Origin: an uncultured Nitrospiraceae bacterium
GTDB lineage: Bacteria; Nitrospirota; Thermodesulfovibrionia; Thermodesulfovibrionales; Dissulfurispiraceae
DNA length: 64,000 nucleotides
Assembly: GCA_963705105.1 (NCBI GenBank)
Contig: CAVPIW010000006.1
Span: 160,001-224,000 of the forward strand
Direction of reading: 5' to 3'
This document shows, piece after piece, positions 1 to 9,435 of this stretch. The translations under genes and the position numbers were made by a program. Within the stretch, counting starts at the first letter, position 1; the number at the start of each line of letters is the position of its first letter. The notes under the pieces are model-generated. The model saw nothing but the letters and a program-made list of their open reading frames with translations. It was not told the origin of the DNA and did not search any database.

Positions 1-385
1 TCAACCCCTCGACGGCGCTGAGGAGACTGATCGCCGGGGTGATGACGCCGTCGCCGACGAGAAGCGAAATGCCTATGTATGCCATTAGAGATACGAGGGA
101 CACCTGCCTCCCGGACTTCAGAAGGGGGATGAGGAGTTCCCTGAGAACGATCGTGCCGCCTTCCCCCTTCTTTCCGAGGCTCATGGCGAGCCACGCATAT
201 TCAACGGTGACGATGATGACCAGGGTCCAGAAGATGAGGGAGAGGATGCCGATGACATTTCCCTCTGTCGGCTTGGTCAGGAGGAAAATGACGGTGAGCG
301 TGTAAATGGGGCTGGTGCCGATGTCCCCGAAAACGAGACCGAAGGACTTGATGATGCCCTTGACGGTACCTTCCTTCTCGATCAC
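1..385 (-). CDS. kup: KUP/HAK/KT potassium transporter, N-terminal part (runs off window)
   Basis: Own translation from GTG at 385 (after RBS AAAGGAG): IIKSFGLVFGDIGTSPIYT...VIGILSLIFWTL...GEGGTIVL...GDGVITPAISLLSAVEG, which are Kup signature motifs. Confidence 0.93.
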   Translation of the reverse strand, partial: MIEKEGTVKGIIKSFGLVFGDIGTSPIYTLTVIFLLTKPTEGNVIGILSLIFWTLVIIVTVEYAWLAMSLGKKGEGGTIVLRELLIPLLKSGRQVSLVSLMAYIGISLLVGDGVITPAISLLSAVEGL

Positions 386-422
386 GGCTTCTCCTTTCGG
401 GGTCGTGGCAAACGAGGAGGAC

Positions 423-445
423 AAAAAAACCACCGGTGCGGTGGT
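423..445 (-). terminator. Intrinsic terminator in the kup 5' leader
   Basis: Minus strand ACCACCG-CAC-CGGTGGT followed by a T-run, about 40 nt upstream of the kup start. Confidence 0.7.
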
Positions 446-471
446 CATATCGTCCATCCGATTCGGGTTGT

Positions 472-501
472 ATTTTCAGATTTAGGGGTTCACTTTGTCA
501 A
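472..501 (-). promoter_or_regulatory. Putative sigma70 promoter for the kup leader
   Basis: Minus strand perfect TTGACA (496-501), 17-18 nt spacer, then TGAAAAT as a weak -10. Confidence 0.45.
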
Positions 502-531
502 GACACTCCGCGGGCTGTTTCAAGGATCCGG

Positions 532-939
532 TTACATGCTGTGCACGAGATAAATCACGAGAAAGATCCCGATGGCGATAATCGTTAGGGTAAGGAGGGC
601 GTCGAGGAGGAGAGACGGACGATAGGAGTCCTCGTCGATCTGACGTTCGACCTTCTTGTATCTGACGAAAGCCATGAGGCCCATCAATGCGCCCAGGCCG
701 ACGAGGATGACGCCGAGAAAGGCCGAGAGGCCCGGCTGGACCTCGGCGCCTCCCGGTGAAGGCATTGTCCCCATGTACCATGTCATCTGTTTCAGAAAGA
801 AGCCGAACTTCTCGAGTACGAAGCCGAAGGCCATGATGCCGATGCTCGTCCGGATCCAGGCAAGAAAGGTCCGCTCGTTCGCCATGTGAACACGGCGGTT
901 CATTACCCTTGATTCCGTCTTTTTCACGTCCCGCGTCAT
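532..939 (-). CDS. DUF202 / YidH-family inner membrane protein
   Basis: HMANERTFLAWIRTSIGIMAFGF motif and three hydrophobic segments. Confidence 0.9.
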   Translation of the reverse strand: MTRDVKKTESRVMNRRVHMANERTFLAWIRTSIGIMAFGFVLEKFGFFLKQMTWYMGTMPSPGGAEVQPGLSAFLGVILVGLGALMGLMAFVRYKKVERQIDEDSYRPSLLLDALLTLTIIAIGIFLVIYLVHSM

Positions 940-1003
940 AATCGGCCGTTCCCGAGGGTGTAAATCTATTCCTCTTTAAACGCCCGCCCTTCCTGCAGGA
1001 CCG

Positions 1004-1840
1004 TCAGGGCTTATAGTACAGGAGTTGCCGTGCGTAGGGGGAGAGGGCGGCGATGCACTCCTGCATCTCTTCGTCCGACAGGGGTTTGAAGGAGCGGGCG
1101 AAGGTGACGTTCTCCTCGAGCTGCTCGACGCTGTCGCAGCCGATGACGGCCGTCGAGACGGGTTGGGAGAGGGCGAAGCGGTAGAAGGGCTCAAGGGTCT
1201 TCACGCCCGGCAATTTTGTCGCGAATCCCCTGAAATAGACCTTCATGGCGATGATCCCCATGTTTTTTTCCTGTGCCGCCGGAATGACTGTCCCGATAAA
1301 GCTCTTGTAATGGGGCTCTCCGGGATTGACCGGTAAGAGAACGGTGTCGAAGTCGTAAAGGCCGAGGCACTTCATGATGATCGCGGGATCATGGTGTCCC
1401 GTCACGCCCACGAACCGCGCCATGCCTTTCTGTTTTGCCTCGGCAAAGGCCTCGATTGCGCCACCGGGCCCGAAGATCTCTTTGATGTCCTCTTCGGTCC
1501 TCACGTCATGGACCTGCCAGAGGTCGAGATGGTCCGTTTTCATGTTCCGGAGCGTCTCTTCGAGGTGGACGAGGGCGCCTCCCTTATCGCGGTTGTGGGA
1601 TTTGCTCGTGAGGAAAATGTCTTTTCTTCGCTCCTTGAGCGAGAGGCCGTAATACGATTCGCTGCCCGAGTAGGCGCGGGCCGACTCGAAGTAGTTCACC
1701 CCGAGGTCGATGGCCCTGTTGATGAGATCGTATGCTTCCTTCTCATAGCCGAATGTCCTCAGGACGCCCTCGCCTCCGAGGCCGAAAATGGTGACATCGA
1801 CGCCTGTCCTGCCGAGTTTTCTCTTGGGGATGTCCGCCAT
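1004..1840 (-). CDS. Aldo/keto reductase family oxidoreductase
   Basis: IPKRKLGRTG, GVNYFESARAY, DHLDLWQVHD, RFVGVTGH, GIIAMK, IGCDSVEQLEEN. Confidence 0.92.
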   Translation of the reverse strand: MADIPKRKLGRTGVDVTIFGLGGEGVLRTFGYEKEAYDLINRAIDLGVNYFESARAYSGSESYYGLSLKERRKDIFLTSKSHNRDKGGALVHLEETLRNMKTDHLDLWQVHDVRTEEDIKEIFGPGGAIEAFAEAKQKGMARFVGVTGHHDPAIIMKCLGLYDFDTVLLPVNPGEPHYKSFIGTVIPAAQEKNMGIIAMKVYFRGFATKLPGVKTLEPFYRFALSQPVSTAVIGCDSVEQLEENVTFARSFKPLSDEEMQECIAALSPYARQLLYYKP

Positions 1841-1852
1841 AGATCAATTATA

Positions 1853-2041
1853 TCACACAGGAGGAGAGATATCCGGGACCCGCAAAGCTCCCTTCAGGTT
1901 GTGAAGACCGGCGATGGTCGGAATCGCGAGGAGATAGGAGAAGTATTTATTGGTGAAAAGGAACCGGGAAATGAAGCTGTAGTCGTAGAAGCTCCTGCCG
2001 TCTTCGCTCTTGTTGCGCAAGATGATCAGGGCGATTTTCAT
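1853..2041 (-). pseudogene. Short ORF, possibly a truncated N-terminus of a B12-binding radical SAM-type protein
   Basis: Good RBS (GAGGAG). MKIALII...LLAIPTIAGL resembles the start of B12-binding radical SAM proteins but stops after 62 aa, next to a repeat element. Confidence 0.35.
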
Positions 2042-2071
2042 GACCTGTGATTCTCCTCAGGCGATACGGAA

Positions 2072-2184
2072 ATCCTGTCGTTGCATGGAAAGGCGGGGCG
2101 AAGCGCCTCAAAGCCCTGCTGAAGGCGACGATGATTTCGCTGCATACGCCCCGCCTTTTCAGAGGGCGTATGCATTTTTTAGGT
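2072..2184. repeat. Palindromic family A element, copy 1 (type II, internally deleted)
   Basis: GTTGCATGGAAAGGCGGGGCGAAGCGCCTCAAAGCCCTGCTGAAGGCGACG...GCATACGCCCCGCCTTTTC...TATGCA, matching the copies at 15910 and 62557. Confidence 0.85.
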
Positions 2185-2190
2185 ACAGAC

Positions 2191-3513
2191 TTAGACCCGG
2201 CTGTCTCTTCTCCGCGTTGCCTGACCGAACGATTGCTGCCGGGCTGAGGGGTGATAACCGGTCTGCTGCGGATGATCTGTCCGCCCGTTGCCGCGCGGCG
2301 ATGACCAGGATTGCGCACCTGCTTCCCGTTTCCACTGCCGCTGAGGCGCCTTCGGCTGCTGTGTGACGGTCGCAGAAGCCGCCGGTGCGGGCTCCCTGTA
2401 ATCGAAGCCTGTCAACGTGCGGCGCTCCACCTTGTCGCCGAGGACGTTCTCGATGGCGCTCACCATGCCTCTGTCGTCAGCCGTGACGAGCGTATATGCG
2501 TCGCCCCTCCGGTCTGCGCGGCCGGTCCGTCCTATGCGATGGATATACGCGTCGGTCGTGTCGGGGATGTCATAGTTTATCACATGAGAGATCCGTGTCA
2601 CATCAATACCGCGCGCGGCGATGTCCGTTGCGACGAGGATGCGGAAGGCGCCTTTGCGGAAACCCTCCATGGCTGCCTGTCGCTGTGTCTGCGAGAGGTT
2701 CCCCTGCAGCGACGCTGCCCGGTACCCGGTCTTGATCAGTTGCTCCGCCAGACGTTTTGCCCGGTGCTTCGTGCGGGTAAAGACCAGGACGGACCCGGTG
2801 TCGGTGCGGTGCAGCAATTCCAGAAGCAGGGGCGTCTTCAGATGCGGGGCCACAGGGTAGAGGGCGTGGCTGACGGTGACCGCCGGGGCGGTAATGCCCA
2901 CCTGGACCGTCACCGGCTTGCGCAGGACCTCACCGGCCAGGCCGCGAATCTCCTGCGGCATGGTGGCCGAAAAGAGCAGTGTCTGCCTGTTCCGGGGCAG
3001 ATGCTGCAGGATACGCCGGATGTCGGGAAGAAAACCCATATCGAACATCCGGTCGGCCTCGTCGAGGACAAGCACTTCCAGCTTCGAGAGATCGATCGTC
3101 GCCTGGTTGATGTGGTCGAGCAGTCTGCCGGGGCAGGCTACAACGATGTCGACGCCCCGTCTCAGTTTGTCCGCCTGGGGACTGAACCCCACTCCCCCGT
3201 ATATCGTGACGCTCCGGAGACCTGTTTGACGACCCAGGGTGCTGATGGCCTCGCGGATCTGCTCCGCCAGTTCACGGGTGGGCGCAATAACAAGGGCCTT
3301 GACGTGCCGGCCCGGGGACTGGATCAGGCGGTGCAGGATGGGCAGCGCGTATGCGGCGGTCTTGCCGGTGCCCGTTTGTGCCATGCCCATGACGTCGCGT
3401 CCTGACATGACCTGGGGGATAGCCTGCACCTGGATGGGCGTCGGCGTGACAAATCCGGCCGTTGTGACTCCCGTCGCAACGCGCGGGTGTAAGTCGAATG
3501 CTTTGAATTCCAT
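2191..3513 (-). CDS. rhlE: DEAD-box ATP-dependent RNA helicase (RhlE-like)
   Basis: Q-motif PTPIQ, AQTGTGKT, PTRELA, LDEADRM, FSAT, ARGID, HRIGRTGR. Confidence 0.93.
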   Translation of the reverse strand: MEFKAFDLHPRVATGVTTAGFVTPTPIQVQAIPQVMSGRDVMGMAQTGTGKTAAYALPILHRLIQSPGRHVKALVIAPTRELAEQIREAISTLGRQTGLRSVTIYGGVGFSPQADKLRRGVDIVVACPGRLLDHINQATIDLSKLEVLVLDEADRMFDMGFLPDIRRILQHLPRNRQTLLFSATMPQEIRGLAGEVLRKPVTVQVGITAPAVTVSHALYPVAPHLKTPLLLELLHRTDTGSVLVFTRTKHRAKRLAEQLIKTGYRAASLQGNLSQTQRQAAMEGFRKGAFRILVATDIAARGIDVTRISHVINYDIPDTTDAYIHRIGRTGRADRRGDAYTLVTADDRGMVSAIENVLGDKVERRTLTGFDYREPAPAASATVTQQPKAPQRQWKREAGAQSWSSPRGNGRTDHPQQTGYHPSARQQSFGQATRRRDSRV

Positions 3514-3645
3514 AAAACTCCTTTTTTTCTGTTCGGGGGAAAAACGCGGATGTACTGAGAGGGCCTACAACTGCGCAGTTTCGTCCGGAGACAGCTGATT
3601 TGATTCCTTGTAGCATAACAGCCGGCGGAATGCCCTGTCAAGAAT

Positions 3646-3727
3646 AGTGTCAGTGTCAGTGCCTGTGTCGCAAGGTTTTCGGCGCATACACCCCGCCTTT
3701 CCTGGGAGTCTGTTGCAACGATAGGGT
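3646..3727. repeat. Family A element, copy 2 (right half only, with AGTGTC hexamers)
   Basis: AGTGTCAGTGTCAGTG...CAAGGTTTTCGGCGCATACACCCCGCCTTTCC...TGCAACGATAGGGT. Confidence 0.8.
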
Positions 3728-3737
3728 AAACTATCTC

Positions 3738-4874
3738 ATGGTTCGCGGTGAGACAAGAGGAGTCTTTCCCGGCGACGAGTTGCGGGATATCGCCGGGCGG
3801 TTTGCGCGGCGGGGCAAAGTCACGGACATCGCCGAACTGGGAAGCGGGAACGTCAATGACACCTTCCTCGTGACGCTTGAGGGCGCAGAGATGAGCCGTT
3901 TCGTGCTCCAGCGCGTCAACCGGCAGGTCTTCCGCCGGCCTGAGCTTGTCATGCTGAACATGAAGGTGACAACGGAACATATCCTGGACCGCCTGAGGCG
4001 GGAGCCGTCGGACGGCAGGCGCCGGGAAGTGCCGGAGGTGCTGCTGACAGGGGATGGCAGCGATCACGTGACAGGACCGGACGGGTCCTTCTGGCGGGCC
4101 GTCGCTTTCATAGACAAGGCCCGGTCGTTTGACAGGATCCGGGATGAGGATCATGCGAGAGAGGTCGGCTGGGCGGTCGGCACGTTTCACCGGCTCATCA
4201 GCGATCTGCCGCCGGACAGGCTGGAGGACACTCTGGAGGGTTTCCATGTCACCCCGCGCTATCTCCTGCATTTTGACCATGTCTGTGGAAAGGGGAAAAC
4301 GGTCAGGACCCCGGACGAGAGATACTGCCTCCGCTTCGTGACGGTGCGGCGAGACATTACGCCGGTGCTCGAGGAAGCGAAACGGTTGGGCCTGCTCAAA
4401 CTCCGGCCGATCCACGGCGACCCCAAGGTCGATAACGTCATGATCGACGACGAAACGGGCAGGGCCGTCGGCATGGTCGACTTCGACACCGTCAAGCCCG
4501 GTCTTGTTCAGTATGATATCGGCGACTGCCTGCGTTCCGGCTGCAATCCCCCCGGTGAAGAGACGTTGCAGTGGGACGTGGTCCGTTTCGAGCCGGACCT
4601 TTGCCGCGCCGTCCTGCAGGGATACATTGCGGAGGCGAGGGAGTTCCTCGCCGGCCCTGACTATGATTTCATCTATGACGCGGTCCGCCTGATCGCCTTC
4701 GAGCTGGGCCTGCGCTTTTTCACGGACCACCTGGAGGGAGACGTCTATTTCAAGGTCCGGCACCGGGGACAGAATCTCGCCAGGGCCCTCGTGCAGTTCA
4801 GGCTGACGGCCAGTATAGAATCACAGGAACCGGCGATTCGCGCCATCATCAGGGATCAGAGGCGAATTCGCTGA
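3738..4874 (+). CDS. Aminoglycoside phosphotransferase-fold kinase (N-acetylhexosamine 1-kinase-like)
   Basis: LGSGNVNDTFLV, FVLQRVN, HGDPKVDNVM, VDFDTVKPG, RFFTDHLEGDVYFK. Confidence 0.85.
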   Translation: MVRGETRGVFPGDELRDIAGRFARRGKVTDIAELGSGNVNDTFLVTLEGAEMSRFVLQRVNRQVFRRPELVMLNMKVTTEHILDRLRREPSDGRRREVPEVLLTGDGSDHVTGPDGSFWRAVAFIDKARSFDRIRDEDHAREVGWAVGTFHRLISDLPPDRLEDTLEGFHVTPRYLLHFDHVCGKGKTVRTPDERYCLRFVTVRRDITPVLEEAKRLGLLKLRPIHGDPKVDNVMIDDETGRAVGMVDFDTVKPGLVQYDIGDCLRSGCNPPGEETLQWDVVRFEPDLCRAVLQGYIAEAREFLAGPDYDFIYDAVRLIAFELGLRFFTDHLEGDVYFKVRHRGQNLARALVQFRLTASIESQEPAIRAIIRDQRRIR

Positions 4875-5451
4875 TGTCCGCATCGACGTCCCGCTGGACC
4901 TGCATCAGGATCTCTTCGCGCGTACCCCTGTCACGGTAGACGGCGAAGGGTGTGGCGATTTCAACGGTAAAGAGGTTATCGCCGACTTTCTTGAGATCCC
5001 GCACCTCACCGCCTGCCTTTTCGATTTCTTCCCGGAACTGCCGCAGATCAGGATGCACGGCGGGCCGGGAAGGCGCCGCATGTTCTTTCGGCGGCGCCTT
5101 TGGGGGCTCCGGGTGCTCCTGCGGCGGCAATTGGTTCTCGGGAGACAGGAGGGAAACGGTGATCGCCTCCTCGAGGGCCTCGATGAAGCCGGCGCTCTGG
5201 GCGACGGTGATGGCGTGATCGAGCTCCTTCTCCGAGTAATTCTTGGGTTTCGCCTCTTTTCTCTTTCCGTAGTGTTCGTTGAGGACGTCGATGGCGAAAT
5301 GCTCGGGCGATCTTACCCGGAAAGAGGCGCCCTTCTTCTTCCGGACATTTTCCCTCGCTTTGAGGAATGAACCCTTGAGGAGTCTCCAGAGGATGTTTTT
5401 CTTGTTGCCCCTCTGTACGTCTTTCTGTATATCTCTCTGTAGATCAGTCAT
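4849..5451 (-). CDS. Hypothetical protein with Pro-rich linker
   Basis: 200-aa ORF with RBS GGAG, downstream of the USP gene. Its 3' end overlaps the convergent kinase gene. Confidence 0.6.
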   Translation of the reverse strand: MTDLQRDIQKDVQRGNKKNILWRLLKGSFLKARENVRKKKGASFRVRSPEHFAIDVLNEHYGKRKEAKPKNYSEKELDHAITVAQSAGFIEALEEAITVSLLSPENQLPPQEHPEPPKAPPKEHAAPSRPAVHPDLRQFREEIEKAGGEVRDLKKVGDNLFTVEIATPFAVYRDRGTREEILMQVQRDVDADISEFASDP

Positions 5452-5505
5452 CGCTCCCGTCCGAAAAATCGACCTGAAGTCCTTCCCGTCACTCCGGCGG
5501 GAAGG

Positions 5506-5958
5506 TTATGCCTTCACGACGAGGACCGAGCAGGGCGCCTCGCCGATCACCTTTTCCGTGACGCTTCCCATGAGGAGCTTCTTCAAGCCCCTTTTGGCGC
5601 CGTGTTTCCCCATGACAATCATATCTACCCCGAGGCTCTTCGCCTCGTCGACGATCGCGATGGCCGTATCGTCACTCCTCCGTGAGATGATCTCGCAGTC
5701 TATCCCGTTCTTTACGGCCTGTTCCTTTGCCGCGTTGAGGATCTTTCCGCATTCGCCTTCGAGGGCGTCCATATGGCTCAACGCCATGGACTCGAACTCG
5801 ATGTTTGTCTCGATCACGGAGAGTATGTAGAGTTTCGTCGCGCAGGCCGACGCGAGTCTCATCGCATCGAGCAGGGCCGCTTCGCTGTAAATCGACCCGT
5901 CCGTCGCCACGAGGATCTTCCTCAGGCGGATAAGGGGACACGCCATTCCGGTTTCCAC
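5506..5958 (-). CDS. Universal stress protein (USP)
   Basis: KILVATDGS...DMIVMGKHG...LLMGSVTEKVIGEAPCSVLVVK; RBS AAGGAGG. Confidence 0.93.
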   Translation of the reverse strand: METGMACPLIRLRKILVATDGSIYSEAALLDAMRLASACATKLYILSVIETNIEFESMALSHMDALEGECGKILNAAKEQAVKNGIDCEIISRRSDDTAIAIVDEAKSLGVDMIVMGKHGAKRGLKKLLMGSVTEKVIGEAPCSVLVVKA

Positions 5959-6063
5959 AATGTCACCTCCTTAATCTCCGTAATGAGCGGACGCCCCGGC
6001 AGCAGGGATGCCGCCGGGGGATTCCATGCCCCCGCAATTAAACGGATGAAATGCACCATGCTT

Positions 6064-6149
6064 TGTCATTCCGGCTCGTCCGGAATCTTTCCGCTTTTCA
6101 GAAGTATTGCCGACGCCCCGCATCAAAGTGCGGGGTTGCTGCAATGACA
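6064..6149. repeat. Family B hairpin element (GTCATTCC...AATGAC)
   Basis: TGTCATTCCGGCTCGTCCGGAATC...CCCCGCATCAAAGTGCGGGG...CAATGACA, homologous to the copies at 19220 and 34380. Confidence 0.85.
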
Positions 6150-6229
6150 GAGGTGTGCAGGCATTTATATTAATTGCCGTGGTAATAAGCATGTTAATGT
6201 CCGGTTCCCTATCGCGTCGAAGGACACGC

Positions 6230-7012
6230 TTACACCTCGTCGGGGAAGGCCTGCGGCGGCTTCTCCACCTTGGTCCAGTATGCTTCCTTGACCCTGCCGG
6301 CGAGCATATCGATATCTGCAGGCTTCGTTACGAAATCGAAGGCGCCGTGTTTCTTCGCCTCCTCCCTGTCCTTCGGTGTTTCACGGCCGGACAGGATGAT
6401 CACCTGGGTGTCGGGGTGCTTTTCCTTCGTCTTTTTCAGCACGTCGATGCCGTCCATGCCGGGCATCCTGAGGTCGAGGATTATGATGTCGGGGTCGAAC
6501 TTGTCGACAAAGCCGAGGGCCTGCTCACCGTCCGTGACGACCTCTGTCTTGAGATTCCGCAGGGTCAGCCTCATCGAGAGGGACTTGACGAACATCTCCT
6601 CATCGTCGACGAGGAGCACTTTGAAGGTGGTGAAGTCCTTCGGGACGACGGAAACCTGGCAGGGGGCCTTCTTCGCGATCGCAGCATACCGCTGGGGGAC
6701 GAGCAGCAGGTTGATCTTGTTTTCCTTGATATAGGAGATGATCTCCTCCTTCGCATCGCCTTCAGCGGTCACAAAACTGACCCTCAGGCCTTTGCCCGCC
6801 TCGTCGATGATCTTTTTCACTTCTTCGAGATAATGCTCCGACTCCTGTTTCGCCCGCTCCTCGGCATCGATACCCTGATATTCCTGGAGCGAAAGACTGT
6901 CGACGACATGGAGCACGTCCAGCTGTCCCCTGAGTGTCTTCGCCTTGAACACACCGTACCGTAAAACATCCTTCGCATTCAGCGTACCGTCATAAGCCAC
7001 GAGAATCTTCAT
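6230..7012 (-). CDS. USP domain fused to a response-regulator receiver domain
   Basis: N-terminal MKILVAYDG...APCQVSVVP (USP); C-terminal KVLLVDDE...ILDLRMPGMDG...FDFVTKP (REC). Confidence 0.9.
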   Translation of the reverse strand: MKILVAYDGTLNAKDVLRYGVFKAKTLRGQLDVLHVVDSLSLQEYQGIDAEERAKQESEHYLEEVKKIIDEAGKGLRVSFVTAEGDAKEEIISYIKENKINLLLVPQRYAAIAKKAPCQVSVVPKDFTTFKVLLVDDEEMFVKSLSMRLTLRNLKTEVVTDGEQALGFVDKFDPDIIILDLRMPGMDGIDVLKKTKEKHPDTQVIILSGRETPKDREEAKKHGAFDFVTKPADIDMLAGRVKEAYWTKVEKPPQAFPDEV

Positions 7013-7084
7013 AAGCCCTCCCTGTGTAAGATAATTTCAATATTTCAACTCATGAAAGACAGCATGCCCTGAGCGGTCCTGCAA

Positions 7085-7939
7085 CTACCTCCTGACGATG
7101 AGGACCGCGCAGGGGGCGAGACCGACGACCCTCTCGGCGACACTGCCGAGGAAGACCCGCTCAAAACCCGTTCTGCCATGGGTACCCATGACGACGATGT
7201 CGACGTCTCTCTCCGTTGCGACCTGGTTGATCACCTCGACGGGATTGCCCACGAGTGCCAGAGGCTCCAAAGGGAGTTTCCGTTCATGGGCGTGCTGTTT
7301 CACCCTCTCGAGTATGGCCCGGGCCGCCGGAAGCTTGTCCTCGGAGGCGGCGACGGAGACTGCTATGAGATCCTTCATGATCACCCGGCAGCTCCTCCCC
7401 ATATCGAGGGCTTCACGTTCGGCGAGCTCGCTGTATTTCGATCCGTCCGTCGCGAGCAGGATCGTTTCGGCGTTCATGACCGTGTCTTTCGGCACGACCA
7501 GGACATTACAGGGCGAATAGGCGATCACCTTGGCCGTCGTGCTCCCCATGAGCATCTTCTTCAGGCCTGCTTCGCCCCTCCTGCCCATCACGATGATGTC
7601 GACCCTGTCTTTCTTGGCCTCTTCAATAATCGTCTTATAGGGGCTCCTGTCGCTCCTTCTCACGACGGCCTCGCATTCCACATTCTCCTCAGCCGAAACC
7701 TCGCGGATGAGCTCGACGTGGTCCCTCACTTTGAGCTCGTCCTTCTCTGCAAACTCCTGGCCTTCTGTCTCGAACTCCGGATTGTAGTCCATCACTCTGA
7801 GGACGATGAGGCGGGTGTCCTCGCACTCCCGGGCCAGGTTGATGGCCGCCCTGATCGCCCCGTTGCTGTGCTCGGAGCCGTCGGTGCAGAGCAGGACCGT
7901 CTTGATGTCGCCGAGATAATGTTTCCTCTCTTTCTCCAT
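7085..7939 (-). CDS. Tandem two-domain universal stress protein
   Basis: Start reset to MEKERKHY. Two USP repeats (VLLCTDGS...MGSTTAKV and ILLATDGS...LGSVAERV). Confidence 0.92.
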   Translation of the reverse strand: MEKERKHYLGDIKTVLLCTDGSEHSNGAIRAAINLARECEDTRLIVLRVMDYNPEFETEGQEFAEKDELKVRDHVELIREVSAEENVECEAVVRRSDRSPYKTIIEEAKKDRVDIIVMGRRGEAGLKKMLMGSTTAKVIAYSPCNVLVVPKDTVMNAETILLATDGSKYSELAEREALDMGRSCRVIMKDLIAVSVAASEDKLPAARAILERVKQHAHERKLPLEPLALVGNPVEVINQVATERDVDIVVMGTHGRTGFERVFLGSVAERVVGLAPCAVLIVRR

Positions 7940-7941
7940 AG

Positions 7942-8358
7942 TCAGTGCCCCCCCGCCTTCAGCAGGCCCGATGCCGCGAGGGCGAGCACCAAGACTTCGA
8001 TGGCAGCAATGATACCATAAATCCTGTCCCCTTTTTTGAAAAAGATCGGGATGATCCTCGCATAGCAGAGCAGGGTGACGCCGGCGAGAAAGGCGATGCC
8101 GACGAAGTTCAGGAAATCGCCCCTGCCGACAAGGCCGACCCATGCCCATCCCGGATGGACATCGGCCCGTTCGAGATATGTGTGGACGGACAATCCCCAG
8201 TAATCGGGGAGTTTATCGACGGGCACGTGAGGCGTGAGCACGCCGGACATGTAAAGCGTGAACGAGATGACGAGCATGAGGAGCCCGACCTTCATGCCCC
8301 AGTCGAGGAGGACGGAGTAGGCCCGCTGTTCCTCTGTTGCGCCTTTCTTTTGCTCCAT
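7942..8358 (-). CDS. DUF1634-like membrane protein (TSUP accessory)
   Basis: EEQRAYS...YWGLSV..YL..GWAW..GDFLNFVGIAFLAG; three TM segments; directly downstream of a TauE gene. Confidence 0.8.
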   Translation of the reverse strand: MEQKKGATEEQRAYSVLLDWGMKVGLLMLVISFTLYMSGVLTPHVPVDKLPDYWGLSVHTYLERADVHPGWAWVGLVGRGDFLNFVGIAFLAGVTLLCYARIIPIFFKKGDRIYGIIAAIEVLVLALAASGLLKAGGH

Positions 8359-8380
8359 TGGTATCACCCCCTCCCTGAGA

Positions 8381-9352
8381 TCACTTCCAGATGCCGAGGC
8401 CCTTCAGGAAGGCCCTCAGCCCGGCGAAGAGCAGCATTGTGATGACGATGTACCGGACGGCCGTGGGTTTCGTCCTGGCCAGTATCCGGACGCCCACCAT
8501 GGAACCGAGCATGATGCCGATCACCGAGGGCACCACGATCATCGGTAAAACAGCGCCGTTGTTTACGTATATCCACGCCGCCGAGGTGTCCGTGATGGAC
8601 AGGAGGAACTTGCTCGTCGCGACGGACACTTTCAGGGGCGCTCCCATCATGAGGTTGAGCACGGGGACGTTGGCCCAGCCCGCGCCGAGTCCGAACAGGC
8701 CGGCCATGAAACCGATGATGACGAAGGTGGCGAGACCGAGGGGCGTCCTGTGGATCTTCCAGGGGATCGTCTGGCCCGTCGTGGCCTCGTAATAGATACC
8801 GTTTATCCTGAGGGCGACAGAGAGGGCATCGGCCTCTTTCACGTCCGGCACGGCCGATTTCTTCGCCATGAGCATGATGGCGACGATGCCGAGGATCGTG
8901 GCGCCCAGCGCTGTCTGCACCACGTTGGTCGGCAGCGCGAGACCGACCATGGCGCCGGCAATGGCGCATGACGAGGCGATGAGCGCGACGGGCAGCGCGA
9001 GCCTGAGATCGGCCAGTCCTTTCTTGAGGAGTCCCGGCCCGGCCGCCAGGGCGCCGGCGAGGGCGACGAGGAGTCCCGCCCCCCTGACAAAGTCCAGGTG
9101 GAAGGGGAAGAACCCGCCGATGATCGGCACAAAGAGCACTCCTCCTCCGACGCCTCCCAGGACGGCGACGATGCCGAGGAAGAAGGTCACGACGAAAAGG
9201 ATGAGGGGCCAGGCCCACCAGGGCAGGGTGGACGGCGCAGCGGAGACGCCGGCTGCCTGTTCCGCCGCATCGGCGACGGCGTCATGGAACCCTCCCGTGA
9301 CGGCCAAGGCGATCAAGAGAAAGACACCGAGCATCCTGTAATGTAGCGCCAT
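8381..9352 (-). CDS. TSUP / sulfite exporter TauE/SafE family permease (1)
   Basis: GGVGGGVLFVP and GLFGLGAGWANVPVLNL repeats, KVSVATS; start MALHY after RBS GGGGAGG. Confidence 0.9.
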   Translation of the reverse strand: MALHYRMLGVFLLIALAVTGGFHDAVADAAEQAAGVSAAPSTLPWWAWPLILFVVTFFLGIVAVLGGVGGGVLFVPIIGGFFPFHLDFVRGAGLLVALAGALAAGPGLLKKGLADLRLALPVALIASSCAIAGAMVGLALPTNVVQTALGATILGIVAIMLMAKKSAVPDVKEADALSVALRINGIYYEATTGQTIPWKIHRTPLGLATFVIIGFMAGLFGLGAGWANVPVLNLMMGAPLKVSVATSKFLLSITDTSAAWIYVNNGAVLPMIVVPSVIGIMLGSMVGVRILARTKPTAVRYIVITMLLFAGLRAFLKGLGIWK

Positions 9353-9435
9353 GGGAATCCTCCCTTTCAGGGCTCTCGAACGAATGGTCATAGAATAACG
9401 GTCGTCAGTCATCACTCGGCAGTCTCAAAACATAC

